From Acidimicrobiia bacterium (GTDB taxonomy: Bacteria; Actinomycetota; Acidimicrobiia; Spongiisociales; ZC4RG35): a stretch of DNA of 62,323 nucleotides. The position numbers and the translations under genes were made by a program. Of this stretch, positions 18,248 through 25,844 are shown in pieces; the first letter of the stretch is position 1, and every line of letters starts with the position of its first letter. The DNA is taken from NCBI GenBank assembly GCA_040880765.1, contig JBBDHT010000063.1, positions 21,821 to 84,143 on the forward strand, written 5' to 3'. The notes under the pieces are model-generated. The model worked only from the letters and a program-made list of their open reading frames with translations. It ran no database searches and was not told the origin of the DNA.

Positions 18248-18666
18248 CCGGTCAGGCGTTCCCCGCGGTCCTCGAGTCGCACGATGCTGGGCCGTCCCGG
18301 AATTCGCGTCGGGGCCGTCACATCTTCGAGGCTCTCCGGTTCCTCCAAACCGTACTTCACGACGAGGTGGAGGTAGTCCCGCTGATAGAAGACCTTGCAG
18401 TTGACTCCCGGGTAGAGCTCGGCAATCCTGCGCACTTTCTTGTTCTTCTTGGTGACGAGCTTTTGGTTCATCGTGGTGATCTCGATGTACATCCCGTCTT
18501 CGGGGAGGTAGAAGTCCGGTGTGAAGAACTGGGTCGGCTCGCCTTCTCTATTCCAGGCGATGGGGAAAGACCTGGGCTCGTACTCCCAGGACACCCCATA
18601 GAAGTCGAGGAGGAGTGCGAATTGCCGCTCACTGTTGTGAGCGAAGGGAACTTCGTGAGCGGTCAT
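18244..18666 (-). CDS. Hypothetical protein (140 aa), possibly a PD-(D/E)xK-like fold
   Basis: Good codon bias. ATGA overlap with the gcvT start and 11 nt downstream of the MerR gene. The D/E/K spacing in PDFYLPEDGMYIEITTMNQK is only suggestive. Confidence 0.6.
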   Translation of the reverse strand: MTAHEVPFAHNSERQFALLLDFYGVSWEYEPRSFPIAWNREGEPTQFFTPDFYLPEDGMYIEITTMNQKLVTKKNKKVRRIAELYPGVNCKVFYQRDYLHLVVKYGLEEPESLEDVTAPTRIPGRPSIVRLEDRGERLTG

Positions 18667-18677
18667 CGACTCGGAGT

Positions 18678-19151
18678 TCAGGGTGCGCCTACCTCGATGA
18701 CTCCGGCATATTCCTGTTGGTCGGGATAAAGCTGGTGGATGTCGCCCTGCACCTCGGTCTCGACGGGGCCGATGGCGATTCCGAAGACACCCTGTCCCCT
18801 TCTGAACACATCGACGACCTCTTCTTCTGAGTGTGCTGCGTAGATGGTCTGACCGTCGCTCAAGAGAGTCACGTCGGCAAGGGGCCGGTCCGATTCCATT
18901 TGCTGTCGGAGGATCTCAACGGCCTGTCGAATCTTCTTCAGGCTCATCCCCGCATCGAGGAGTCGTTTGATCACTTTGAGCTGGACCACATCGGAGAAGG
19001 AATACAATCGCTGTGATCCAGAGCCCGTGGCCTGCTGCAGGGACGGAGTTATCAGCTCGGTCCGCGCCCAGTAGTCAAGCTGGCGATATGTGATCCCCAC
19101 CAGGTTGCAAACCTGGGGCGCGCGATACCCGAACTCCCGCTCTTCCGACAT
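18678..19151 (-). CDS. MerR family transcriptional regulator
   Basis: N-terminal MerR HTH (YRAPQVCNLVGITYRQLDYWART). It occupies the position after the DUF151 gene, as in the conserved actinobacterial block. Confidence 0.8.
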   Translation of the reverse strand: MSEEREFGYRAPQVCNLVGITYRQLDYWARTELITPSLQQATGSGSQRLYSFSDVVQLKVIKRLLDAGMSLKKIRQAVEILRQQMESDRPLADVTLLSDGQTIYAAHSEEEVVDVFRRGQGVFGIAIGPVETEVQGDIHQLYPDQQEYAGVIEVGAP

Positions 19152-19196
19152 AAGACTCCTCCGGCTTACAAGTGCGTAATTTCGCCGTTGTGAGAG

Positions 19197-19224
19197 AGCA
19201 TACCGTTTCGGTGCCCCGGGTCAA
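19197..19224 (-). promoter_or_regulatory. Candidate sigma-A-type promoter for the MerR-hypothetical-gcvT-hydrolase operon
   Basis: Read on the minus strand this is TTGACC-N16-TATGCT. It lies about 45 nt upstream of the MerR ATG, which is itself preceded by GGAGGAG. Confidence 0.35.
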
Positions 19225-19242
19225 CGCTTTCCTGTGGAAAAC

Positions 19243-19761
19243 TCAGTCGTGAGAATGGCCGGGCTCGTCGCCGAGGAAATCTTCCACCGTCACTTCCTCG
19301 AGAAGCTCTCTGAACCGGCTGACCTCGGTCTCCTCATCGTCTTCCTCGAACTCCACGCCTGCATCGTCCATCACCGAGCCCATCGCGAACACCGGGGTAC
19401 CGGTGCGCGCAGCAAGGGCGATGGCATCCGATGGCCGGGACGAGATGTGAACTTCACGCCCGCCGGCATCGAGTTGGAGGTCGGCGAAATAGACAGAGTC
19501 CCGCATCTCGGTGATGGTCACCCTCGTCGCCAGGGCACCCACTGCGTCGAGAATGGAGCGGAGAAGGTCATGGGTGAGTGGCCTTGGAGGAACCACACCT
19601 TCCAGAGCCGTCGCAATCGCAGTGGCCTCGTTACCACCGATCCAGATCGGGAGGTACCTGGCACCTCCGGACTCTTTGAGCAGCACGATTGGCTGATTCG
19701 AGGGAAGCTCGACACGAACTCCCACAATTTCCATTTCGATCAGGTCGCGCTCTTCAACCAT
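19243..19761 (-). CDS. Bifunctional nuclease family protein (DUF151)
   Basis: LLKESGGARYLPIWIGGNEATAIA...RPLTHDLL is the typical DUF151 pattern, followed by an acidic C-terminal tail. Confidence 0.8.
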   Translation of the reverse strand: MVEERDLIEMEIVGVRVELPSNQPIVLLKESGGARYLPIWIGGNEATAIATALEGVVPPRPLTHDLLRSILDAVGALATRVTITEMRDSVYFADLQLDAGGREVHISSRPSDAIALAARTGTPVFAMGSVMDDAGVEFEEDDEETEVSRFRELLEEVTVEDFLGDEPGHSHD

Positions 19762-19787
19762 GTCATGAGGTTATCACTGCCCCGCAC

Positions 19788-20375
19788 TCACCCGGCACGC
19801 TCAGCGACCTCGAAGAGCTCCCGGGCGAGAATGAAGCGGTCGGCGACAAACGCCTCGATGTCCATGATTGCCCACACCGAAGGGAGGTTCCGATACAGAC
19901 CCTCCCAATCGAGGCCATATCCCACCAGGAACTCATCTCCAACCTCGAAGCCCCTGTACTCGATGGGCACATCGGAGACCCTGCGCCTGGCCTTGTCCAG
20001 CAAACCGACGGTTGCCACCGACCGTGCCCCCCGATCCAGCATCATCTGTCGGAGAACCTTGAGGGTGAGACCGGTATCGATGATGTCTTCGACGATGATC
20101 ACATCCCTGTCGAAGAGCGGTCCGGATGTGTCCATCGAGACCGAGATCCGCCCGCTTTCCCCGAAACGATTCAAGGCGAGAAAGTCGATCTCGCCGGGCA
20201 AAGACACACTTCGGATCAGATCGGCGGAGAACAGCACCGACCCGGTGAGCACTGACACAAAGACCGGGTCGCGGGCTTCGTAGTCATCAGAAATCGCTGC
20301 ACCGAGCTCAGAGACCCGCGAGTGGACCTCGTCGCGGCTGATGACCTCCGATGCAAAGTTGAAACTGCGCATCAC
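19788..20375 (-). CDS. hpt: Hypoxanthine phosphoribosyltransferase
   Basis: PRPP-binding VIIVEDIIDTGLTL and an Hpt-like C-terminus (VGYGLDWEGLYRNLP). Confidence 0.9.
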   Translation of the reverse strand: MMRSFNFASEVISRDEVHSRVSELGAAISDDYEARDPVFVSVLTGSVLFSADLIRSVSLPGEIDFLALNRFGESGRISVSMDTSGPLFDRDVIIVEDIIDTGLTLKVLRQMMLDRGARSVATVGLLDKARRRVSDVPIEYRGFEVGDEFLVGYGLDWEGLYRNLPSVWAIMDIEAFVADRFILARELFEVAERAG

Positions 20376-21493
20376 GACCCGGTGCCACTGAACCAGTAGG
20401 TCAGCGACTCCCAGAGCGACTGCGGGCCTGCGCTGGGTCGGATCACAGTTTCCACGACCGGAAGGACCTCAGGCGTGTCCGATCCACCGATCAGCGCCGG
20501 GGGATCGAGAAACACGCCTTGCGAAGCAAGGTGGAGGTAGGCCTCGGCGTCGCGGGATGCGGTCAACGGAGCCGGATCGGTGCGGGGCCATCTCGAGGCA
20601 TAGGGTTGGCCGCTGCTCAGCATCCCGTAATAGGGCATCTCTGAGAAGGCATAGTCGAGCAGCAGCCTGGCATCGGCGAAGTGGGCTCTCGGTCCGTCAG
20701 AACCCAGGACCACCACGATGACCCGCCGGCCGTCGCGTTCGGCTGCGGCGACGAAGGTGAGCAGCGCCTGGTTGGTGAACCCGGTCTTTACCCCGATCAT
20801 TCCCGGGTAATCGGCAAGCATCAGATTCGTCGTTTCCGCGATTCGTGGATTTCCCTCCGGGTCGGGAGGAAACACGAACGATTGCAGTCGCGTCGCCTCG
20901 GCGAACTCAGGGTGCTGCATCGCCTCTCTGGTCAGGGTCAGCAGATCGTTTGCCGTGGTGTAGTGGTTTGGCGCGTCGAGGCCATGGGGGTTTTCGAAAC
21001 TCGTGCGTGTGAGGCCAAGGGAATCCGTCCGCTGGTTCATCAGCTCGACGAATCCCTCTAACGACCCGGCGATATGTTCGGCAAGCGCAGTTGCTGCATC
21101 ATTGGCCGAATGAACCATCAACGCCATGAACAGGTTCTCGACACTGACGGTCTCCCCCGCGACCAGGTCGATCTCCTTCTCCCCCGTGGCGGCAGCTGTG
21201 GCCGAGATCGTCACCTGTTCGGAGAAGTCGGCGTGCTCCAAAACCAGCAGCCCGGTCATGATCTTGGTGACCGATGCCATTGCCCGCTCCTGATCGGCAG
21301 AGCGTGAGGCGATAGTGGCACCGGCCCCGTCGTCGTAGAGCACCCAGCTCGGGGCCGTGGGCAACGGTGCGTCCGGCACCGGCCATGGCTCGGCGACCTG
21401 CACCGGGTAGGTGAGGGGGGCAGCATGCGCGGCCGGCGCGTGCAACCCCGAGATCACCAGCATGGCGATCGTCAGCCGGGTCAGAGCCTTCAT
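20372..21493 (-). CDS. D-alanyl-D-alanine carboxypeptidase (peptidase S11, low-MW PBP)
   Basis: Signal peptide plus SVTK (SxxK), SAN (SxN) and KTG motifs in the canonical order. Confidence 0.85.
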   Translation of the reverse strand: MKALTRLTIAMLVISGLHAPAAHAAPLTYPVQVAEPWPVPDAPLPTAPSWVLYDDGAGATIASRSADQERAMASVTKIMTGLLVLEHADFSEQVTISATAAATGEKEIDLVAGETVSVENLFMALMVHSANDAATALAEHIAGSLEGFVELMNQRTDSLGLTRTSFENPHGLDAPNHYTTANDLLTLTREAMQHPEFAEATRLQSFVFPPDPEGNPRIAETTNLMLADYPGMIGVKTGFTNQALLTFVAAAERDGRRVIVVVLGSDGPRAHFADARLLLDYAFSEMPYYGMLSSGQPYASRWPRTDPAPLTASRDAEAYLHLASQGVFLDPPALIGGSDTPEVLPVVETVIRPSAGPQSLWESLTYWFSGTGS

Positions 21494-22164
21494 GGCGATA
21501 GGTATCGCCTGAGCTCCCCGTTGAGCATGGCCCGGTGCATCGCCTGCACCGAGTCGTTCGAGGCAGTCAGGACATCGCGTGCCCGCTCCTGGGCTTCGGC
21601 GTTGTTGGCACGGGCCAGAGGGTCGATCAGACGGCGGAGCAACTCGCTCTCGCGCTCGACCGCCAGTTTCACGGCGCGCAAGTGCCGGGGCTCCAAACCG
21701 AGATCCATGAGCCTGCGGGCTTCGGACCCGATCACACCCGACTCGGGAGGAAAGACATCCGAGTCTGCGATCGGGTTGATGATGCGAGCCTCGATGAGAT
21801 CATCGAGCTGTTGTCCGTCCAGGGCCGATCGCTTGAGCAGATCCTCCCGACTCAACGGCTCGCCTCCGGGCTCGATCGCTTTGGTCTGCTCGGAGGTCGT
21901 CGCGACGTCCTCACCGCGTTCCCAGAGCGTGAGTTTGGATTTGATCACCTTCAGCGGGAGGAAGTGGTCTCGTTGCTGTTGGAGGATGAATCTGATCCGC
22001 GCCATCTCGTCAGAGCCGAACTGGCGATAGCCCGACGATGTACGGTGCGGGTCGACCAGGCCCTGAGATTCGAGGAAACGTATCTTGGAAACCGAGACGT
22101 CAGGAAATTCGTCCCGGAGCTCATTGATCACCTCGCCGATACTGAGAAGATCGGCATCAGACAT
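21490..22164 (-). CDS. MerR family transcriptional regulator (FtsR-like position downstream of the FHA gene)
   Basis: MerR HTH (LLSIGEVINELRDEFPDVSVSKIRFLESQGL). I trimmed the start to MSDADLL (ATG at 22164), which gives an 8-nt overlap with the FHA gene stop. Confidence 0.75.
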   Translation of the reverse strand: MSDADLLSIGEVINELRDEFPDVSVSKIRFLESQGLVDPHRTSSGYRQFGSDEMARIRFILQQQRDHFLPLKVIKSKLTLWERGEDVATTSEQTKAIEPGGEPLSREDLLKRSALDGQQLDDLIEARIINPIADSDVFPPESGVIGSEARRLMDLGLEPRHLRAVKLAVERESELLRRLIDPLARANNAEAQERARDVLTASNDSVQAMHRAMLNGELRRYLSP

Positions 22165-22594
22165 CGCCGTGAGCCACCACGAAGTGAAAACGGCCGACGA
22201 GTACTTCATCACCTGGTGTCAGTGAAGCAGCATCAACCCTCGACTCATTGACGTACGTGCCGTTGGTCGATCCACTGTCTTCGACCTGGAGCTCTTCACC
22301 GTTGAGGACAAAGCGGCAGTGGTGCCGCGACACGGTCACATCATTGAGAAATATGTCACTCTCCGGATGACGTCCGACTGTGGTGTTGCCCTCGCGTAGG
22401 ACGAATGTGAGTCCGGCCCTGGGACCCTGCTCGACGACGAGGGCGTATCCTTCGAACCCACCGACATGGGCGGCTTCGTCTTTGCTCAGCGGATGTTCGG
22501 CCCGCTCACTCAGGGGCACATAGATAACTGTCGGGTCGTTCTCGACCTCGACTTCATGCTCTTCGCGGCCTTCGCTCTGGCTTTCCTCGTTCAT
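22157..22594 (-). CDS. FHA-domain protein (GarA/OdhI-like)
   Basis: FHA core GRHPESDIFLNDVTVSRHHCRF...GSTNGTYVN. It is located between gcvH and a MerR gene, as garA is in mycobacteria. Confidence 0.8.
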   Translation of the reverse strand: MNEESQSEGREEHEVEVENDPTVIYVPLSERAEHPLSKDEAAHVGGFEGYALVVEQGPRAGLTFVLREGNTTVGRHPESDIFLNDVTVSRHHCRFVLNGEELQVEDSGSTNGTYVNESRVDAASLTPGDEVLVGRFHFVVAHGDV

Positions 22595-22639
22595 CTCGCC
22601 CCCGATGTTAGAAGCGGATTGTACTTCAGTCCGGTATGA

Positions 22640-23020
22640 CTACTCGGTCAACTCCCGATAGGCCGCTGCGTCGAGCAGGGCGGAGGTGTCCAGTTTGCCT
22701 TCCGGCTCGATTTCTACGAGCCAACCTTCGTCGTAAGGGCTCGAGTTGACCAGCTCCGGGCTCTCCGAAACTGCGCCGTTGACGGCGACAACCGAACCGG
22801 AAACCGGTGAGTAAACCTCCCCTACCGATTTCGTTGACTCCACTTCGACGAGGATGTCCTCTTTGGCAACCGTTTTTCCGACCTCGGGGACTTCGATGTA
22901 GACGATGTCGCCGAGCTGGTCCTGGGCGTAGTCCGTGATCCCGATCCGGAGTCGGCCGTCCAGCTCCTTGATCCACTCGTGTTCGTCGGTGTATTTGAGG
23001 TCCTCAGGAACCTGCATCAT
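22640..23020 (-). CDS. gcvH: Glycine cleavage system protein H
   Basis: YTDEHEWI and the lipoyl-lysine motif VESTKSV. Confidence 0.9.
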   Translation of the reverse strand: MMQVPEDLKYTDEHEWIKELDGRLRIGITDYAQDQLGDIVYIEVPEVGKTVAKEDILVEVESTKSVGEVYSPVSGSVVAVNGAVSESPELVNSSPYDEGWLVEIEPEGKLDTSALLDAAAYRELTE

Positions 23021-23621
23021 TCTCCTCGTTCAGTCCATCGGGTTCGTGAGGCGACTTTACTCCGGGAAGTGCCCTACGGATGTCACCGATGTACTCGACG
23101 AGCACATACCAGTAGAGAATCAACCCGAGGACACCGAAGATCCAGGCAAGGGCCAGCATCAATCCTTCCAGGAAACCGGCGGCAGCGAGATAGAAAGCGG
23201 GAATGGCTCCGTAGAGGAAGAATGTCGCGGTCTTGCCCAGGTAACGTACCTCCAGAGTCCCTCCACCGCGTGACATGAGGTACAGCGTGAGGATGCCCAT
23301 CAACGCCTCCCGGATCAGCAACGGAACCGCTATCACTGGAGGCACCACGCCGGCGATGAGTCCTCCCACCACCGCCGAGACGATCATCAACCGGTCCGCT
23401 ACAGGATCGAGTGCCTTCCCCAGGTTCGTGACCTGGTCCAGCTTCCTTGCCAGGTACCCATCGATCCAGTCGGTCCAGCCGATGATGAATATCAACCAGG
23501 CGGCAAGGGCGATGTTGTCGTCGACCACAAGCACCCACCAGAAGAGACCGACACCGATCAGCCGGGTGAAAGAGACCGCGTTTGGCCAGGTGAGGATGCG
23601 ACTGGATTCTGTTGTCTCCAC
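23004..23621 (-). CDS. pgsA: CDP-alcohol phosphatidyltransferase
   Basis: DWIDGYLARKLDQVTNLGKALDPVADR matches D-x2-DG-x2-AR-x8-G-x3-D-x3-D. Multi-TM protein. Confidence 0.85.
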   Translation of the reverse strand: METTESSRILTWPNAVSFTRLIGVGLFWWVLVVDDNIALAAWLIFIIGWTDWIDGYLARKLDQVTNLGKALDPVADRLMIVSAVVGGLIAGVVPPVIAVPLLIREALMGILTLYLMSRGGGTLEVRYLGKTATFFLYGAIPAFYLAAAGFLEGLMLALAWIFGVLGLILYWYVLVEYIGDIRRALPGVKSPHEPDGLNEENDAGS

Positions 23622-23660
23622 GCCGGCAGGCTAGTGAGGCTTAGCGGCCGACCGGGCTGT

Positions 23661-25475
23661 TCACTCGGCTGGAGCTACAAGGTGGAAGGCACCGAGGGCT
23701 CCCTGAATTCCCCCCAGGCCCGGCGTTCCCCTGAAACTCACTGCATCGGATCGGTACGCCTCGACGATGTGACTGGAGTAGAGCGGAAGATAGGGAAGGT
23801 CACGCGCCTGGATTCCCTCCATCTCCCAGAGCAGGGCCCGGGCCGTCTCCGGATCGGGAGCTGCCTCATAGCGGCGGATCAGCTCATCCATAGCCGGGTT
23901 GTCATACCCGGTGTTGTTTGTTGCGGAGCCGGAACCGAAAAAGTCGGCGTAGAAAGATGGGAGACCGGGGTTTCCCAGGGACCATCCGAGCAGGGCCATA
24001 TCGTACTGGAGTGATCCGCTTTCGTCGCGTGTGAACGTGAGGTCGATGACCGAGTCGAAGTCGGTAATCACCGTCACGACTTCGAATCCGAGGACCTCGA
24101 TGGCGTCTGCCACATGTCCGGCATATGCCGTCCGCTCAGCATCGTATGAGTCCCCCGCGGTGAGAACCGTCAAGGGCGCCGGGGGCCGCCCGTCCACCGT
24201 CAGCCCCGAACCTCTCACTACTGTGTCGCCGGCAATCGAAGGCTCCACTCCCCAGGAATAGCCGGATTCTTTGAGTGCAGTCAACTGGTCAGAGAAAGCG
24301 GCTTCGAGATCTTTCTCTCGATCTAGTGTCGCCGGAGCCAGACCATCGTCAAACCAGGACGTGTTTGCTGCCGGGAGAATGGTGTGGGCGGCGTCGGCCC
24401 CCCCAACCGAATCAGCCAGTCCGTCCCTGTCCACGAGCAGAGCGACAGCACGGCGAAACTCGACATTGTCCATCGGAAAGCGGTCGGTGTTGAATGCCAG
24501 GTACCGGACACCGAAAATCGGGCTGGCGATCGTGTCGACACCGTCCACTCCTTCGAGAGCTCGCGCCTCCTCCACGGTCATTCCCCGTGGCGAGAGAATG
24601 GTGTGAATCTGACCGGAGACCAGCGCATCTGTGGCCCCTCCTGATGTCAGGTAGACAAGGTATTCCACGGTCTCACCCTCTGGCCCCGCATACCCGGAAT
24701 TGGGGTGGCTCACGACCCGGCTATCGGATGCCTCCACCACCTCGAGAGGCCCGCTGGCGGGGTCCCCGGTCGGATCGAGTCGAAAGAGCCCGGCGGCGTC
24801 GAGGGCGCCCGCCACGGGTCCCGACCAGTGGCGCGATGACATTACCGGCGCGGTGCCGGTTCCGAACGGCCAGACACCGAGGCTCGGACGTTTCGTGAAC
24901 TCGATTTCGAGAGTGTGACTGTCGATTGCGTTGACCGCGACAATTTCTTTCGGAAAAGCCTTCTCCCACTGGCCGCCCAGCGAGAATTTGCGCGCAGTGG
25001 CAAAGGTGAAAGCCACGTCTTCAGCCGTCAACTCTTCGCCGTCACTGAACCGGTTGTCGCTGCGGAGCGGGACCACCACCCGCCAACCATCCCGGTTCCA
25101 CGTAGGCGTGGCCATCCTGGAGGCGAGTTCGGGGACGAGGGTCAGAGTGTCGTTATCGAGGCGATAGAGGCTCGCTTTGGTGGGGCTGAGCACATATGAA
25201 TCCCACACCGTCGGTGGGGAGCCGTAGAACTCCCAGAAGTTGAAGCTGGTCGGAGCACCGAGCAATCCGACCTTGTAGACGAACGGGGCGATCGGCTGGC
25301 GGACTTCCACCGCATCCGGTTCTGGCGGAGATGACGCCGCGGGCTCGTCTCCAGATGCACCCACGATATCGACTGCGGACGCAACGTCTTTGTCGGCGAC
25401 CTGAATCGCCCCGGCGACGCCAACGCCGAGCACAACGATGCAGGCACCCAGCGCTCTGAGGAATTGATTGGGCAT
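23661..25475 (-). CDS. ABC transporter substrate-binding protein (family 5, peptide/nickel type), orphan
   Basis: Signal/TM N-terminus, and size and composition typical of family-5 SBPs. I trimmed the start to MPNQFLRALG. There are no permease or ATPase genes nearby. Confidence 0.75.
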   Translation of the reverse strand: MPNQFLRALGACIVVLGVGVAGAIQVADKDVASAVDIVGASGDEPAASSPPEPDAVEVRQPIAPFVYKVGLLGAPTSFNFWEFYGSPPTVWDSYVLSPTKASLYRLDNDTLTLVPELASRMATPTWNRDGWRVVVPLRSDNRFSDGEELTAEDVAFTFATARKFSLGGQWEKAFPKEIVAVNAIDSHTLEIEFTKRPSLGVWPFGTGTAPVMSSRHWSGPVAGALDAAGLFRLDPTGDPASGPLEVVEASDSRVVSHPNSGYAGPEGETVEYLVYLTSGGATDALVSGQIHTILSPRGMTVEEARALEGVDGVDTIASPIFGVRYLAFNTDRFPMDNVEFRRAVALLVDRDGLADSVGGADAAHTILPAANTSWFDDGLAPATLDREKDLEAAFSDQLTALKESGYSWGVEPSIAGDTVVRGSGLTVDGRPPAPLTVLTAGDSYDAERTAYAGHVADAIEVLGFEVVTVITDFDSVIDLTFTRDESGSLQYDMALLGWSLGNPGLPSFYADFFGSGSATNNTGYDNPAMDELIRRYEAAPDPETARALLWEMEGIQARDLPYLPLYSSHIVEAYRSDAVSFRGTPGLGGIQGALGAFHLVAPAE

Positions 25476-25607
25476 AATTGCGACCTCCCACATACATCAT
25501 CGGCACGATTGGGGTCAGACTTGACGATGGCGAATGGAACGGAAACGCAGAAGTGGCCTGTCTCACAAATACTTGTGCGCGACACACCACTAGCATCAAC
25601 CCGTATC

Positions 25608-25682
25608 CGGGCTGTGGCGCAGCTTGGTTAGCGCGCCGGTCTGGGGGACCGGAGGTCGGGAGTTCAAATCTCCCCAGCCCGA
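25608..25682 (+). tRNA. tRNA-Pro (anticodon GGG)
   Basis: Manual cloverleaf: acceptor CGGGCTG/CAGCCCG, D stem GCGC/GCGC, anticodon stem CCGGT/ACCGG with loop CTGGGGG, T arm GGGAG-TTCAAAT-CTCCC, discriminator A. No encoded CCA. Confidence 0.9.
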
Positions 25683-25700
25683 CTGATCCAGGTACTTGGC

Positions 25701-25844
25701 TTATCCGCCGAGTGCCTGGATCAGCCAGATAACACCCTGAACCAGCCGCCAAACCAGGTAGATCACGGCGAGGGCGACCGTCACCTTGAACAGGATGGGT
25801 GTCGGCAGATCCTCGACCTCAGCAGGCTCGGGACGGTCCGTCAT
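25701..25844 (-). CDS. Small hypothetical single-pass membrane protein (47 aa), translationally coupled to der; not in the ORF track
   Basis: My translation: MTDRPEPAEVEDLPTPILFKVTVALAVIYLVWRLVQGVIWLIQALGG. Its ATG overlaps the der TGA (ATGA). G/C-rich third codon positions. Confidence 0.45.
   Translation of the reverse strand: MTDRPEPAEVEDLPTPILFKVTVALAVIYLVWRLVQGVIWLIQALGG

Noticed and set aside
17213-18376. 387-aa plus-strand ORF opposite gcvT
   Set aside because: It is entirely antisense to a full-length, motif-rich gcvT and to the downstream hypothetical gene. This is a typical high-GC shadow ORF.
18667-19242. Looked for a glycine riboswitch upstream of gcvT or its operon
   Set aside because: gcvT and the preceding ORF overlap. 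Only 11 nt separate that ORF from the MerR gene, and the 91-nt region upstream of MerR is too short and lacks tandem aptamer-like structure.
19234-20283. 349-aa plus-strand ORF opposite the DUF151 nuclease and hpt genes
   Set aside because: It is a shadow ORF that crosses an intergenic gap of the real minus-strand genes. It has no recognisable domain and is Arg/Ser/Pro-rich.
25608-25700. tRNA-Pro considered as a possible genomic-island integration site
   Set aside because: There is no integrase gene on either side, I saw no direct repeat of the tRNA 3' end nearby, and the flanking genes (der, an SBP) are core-like.
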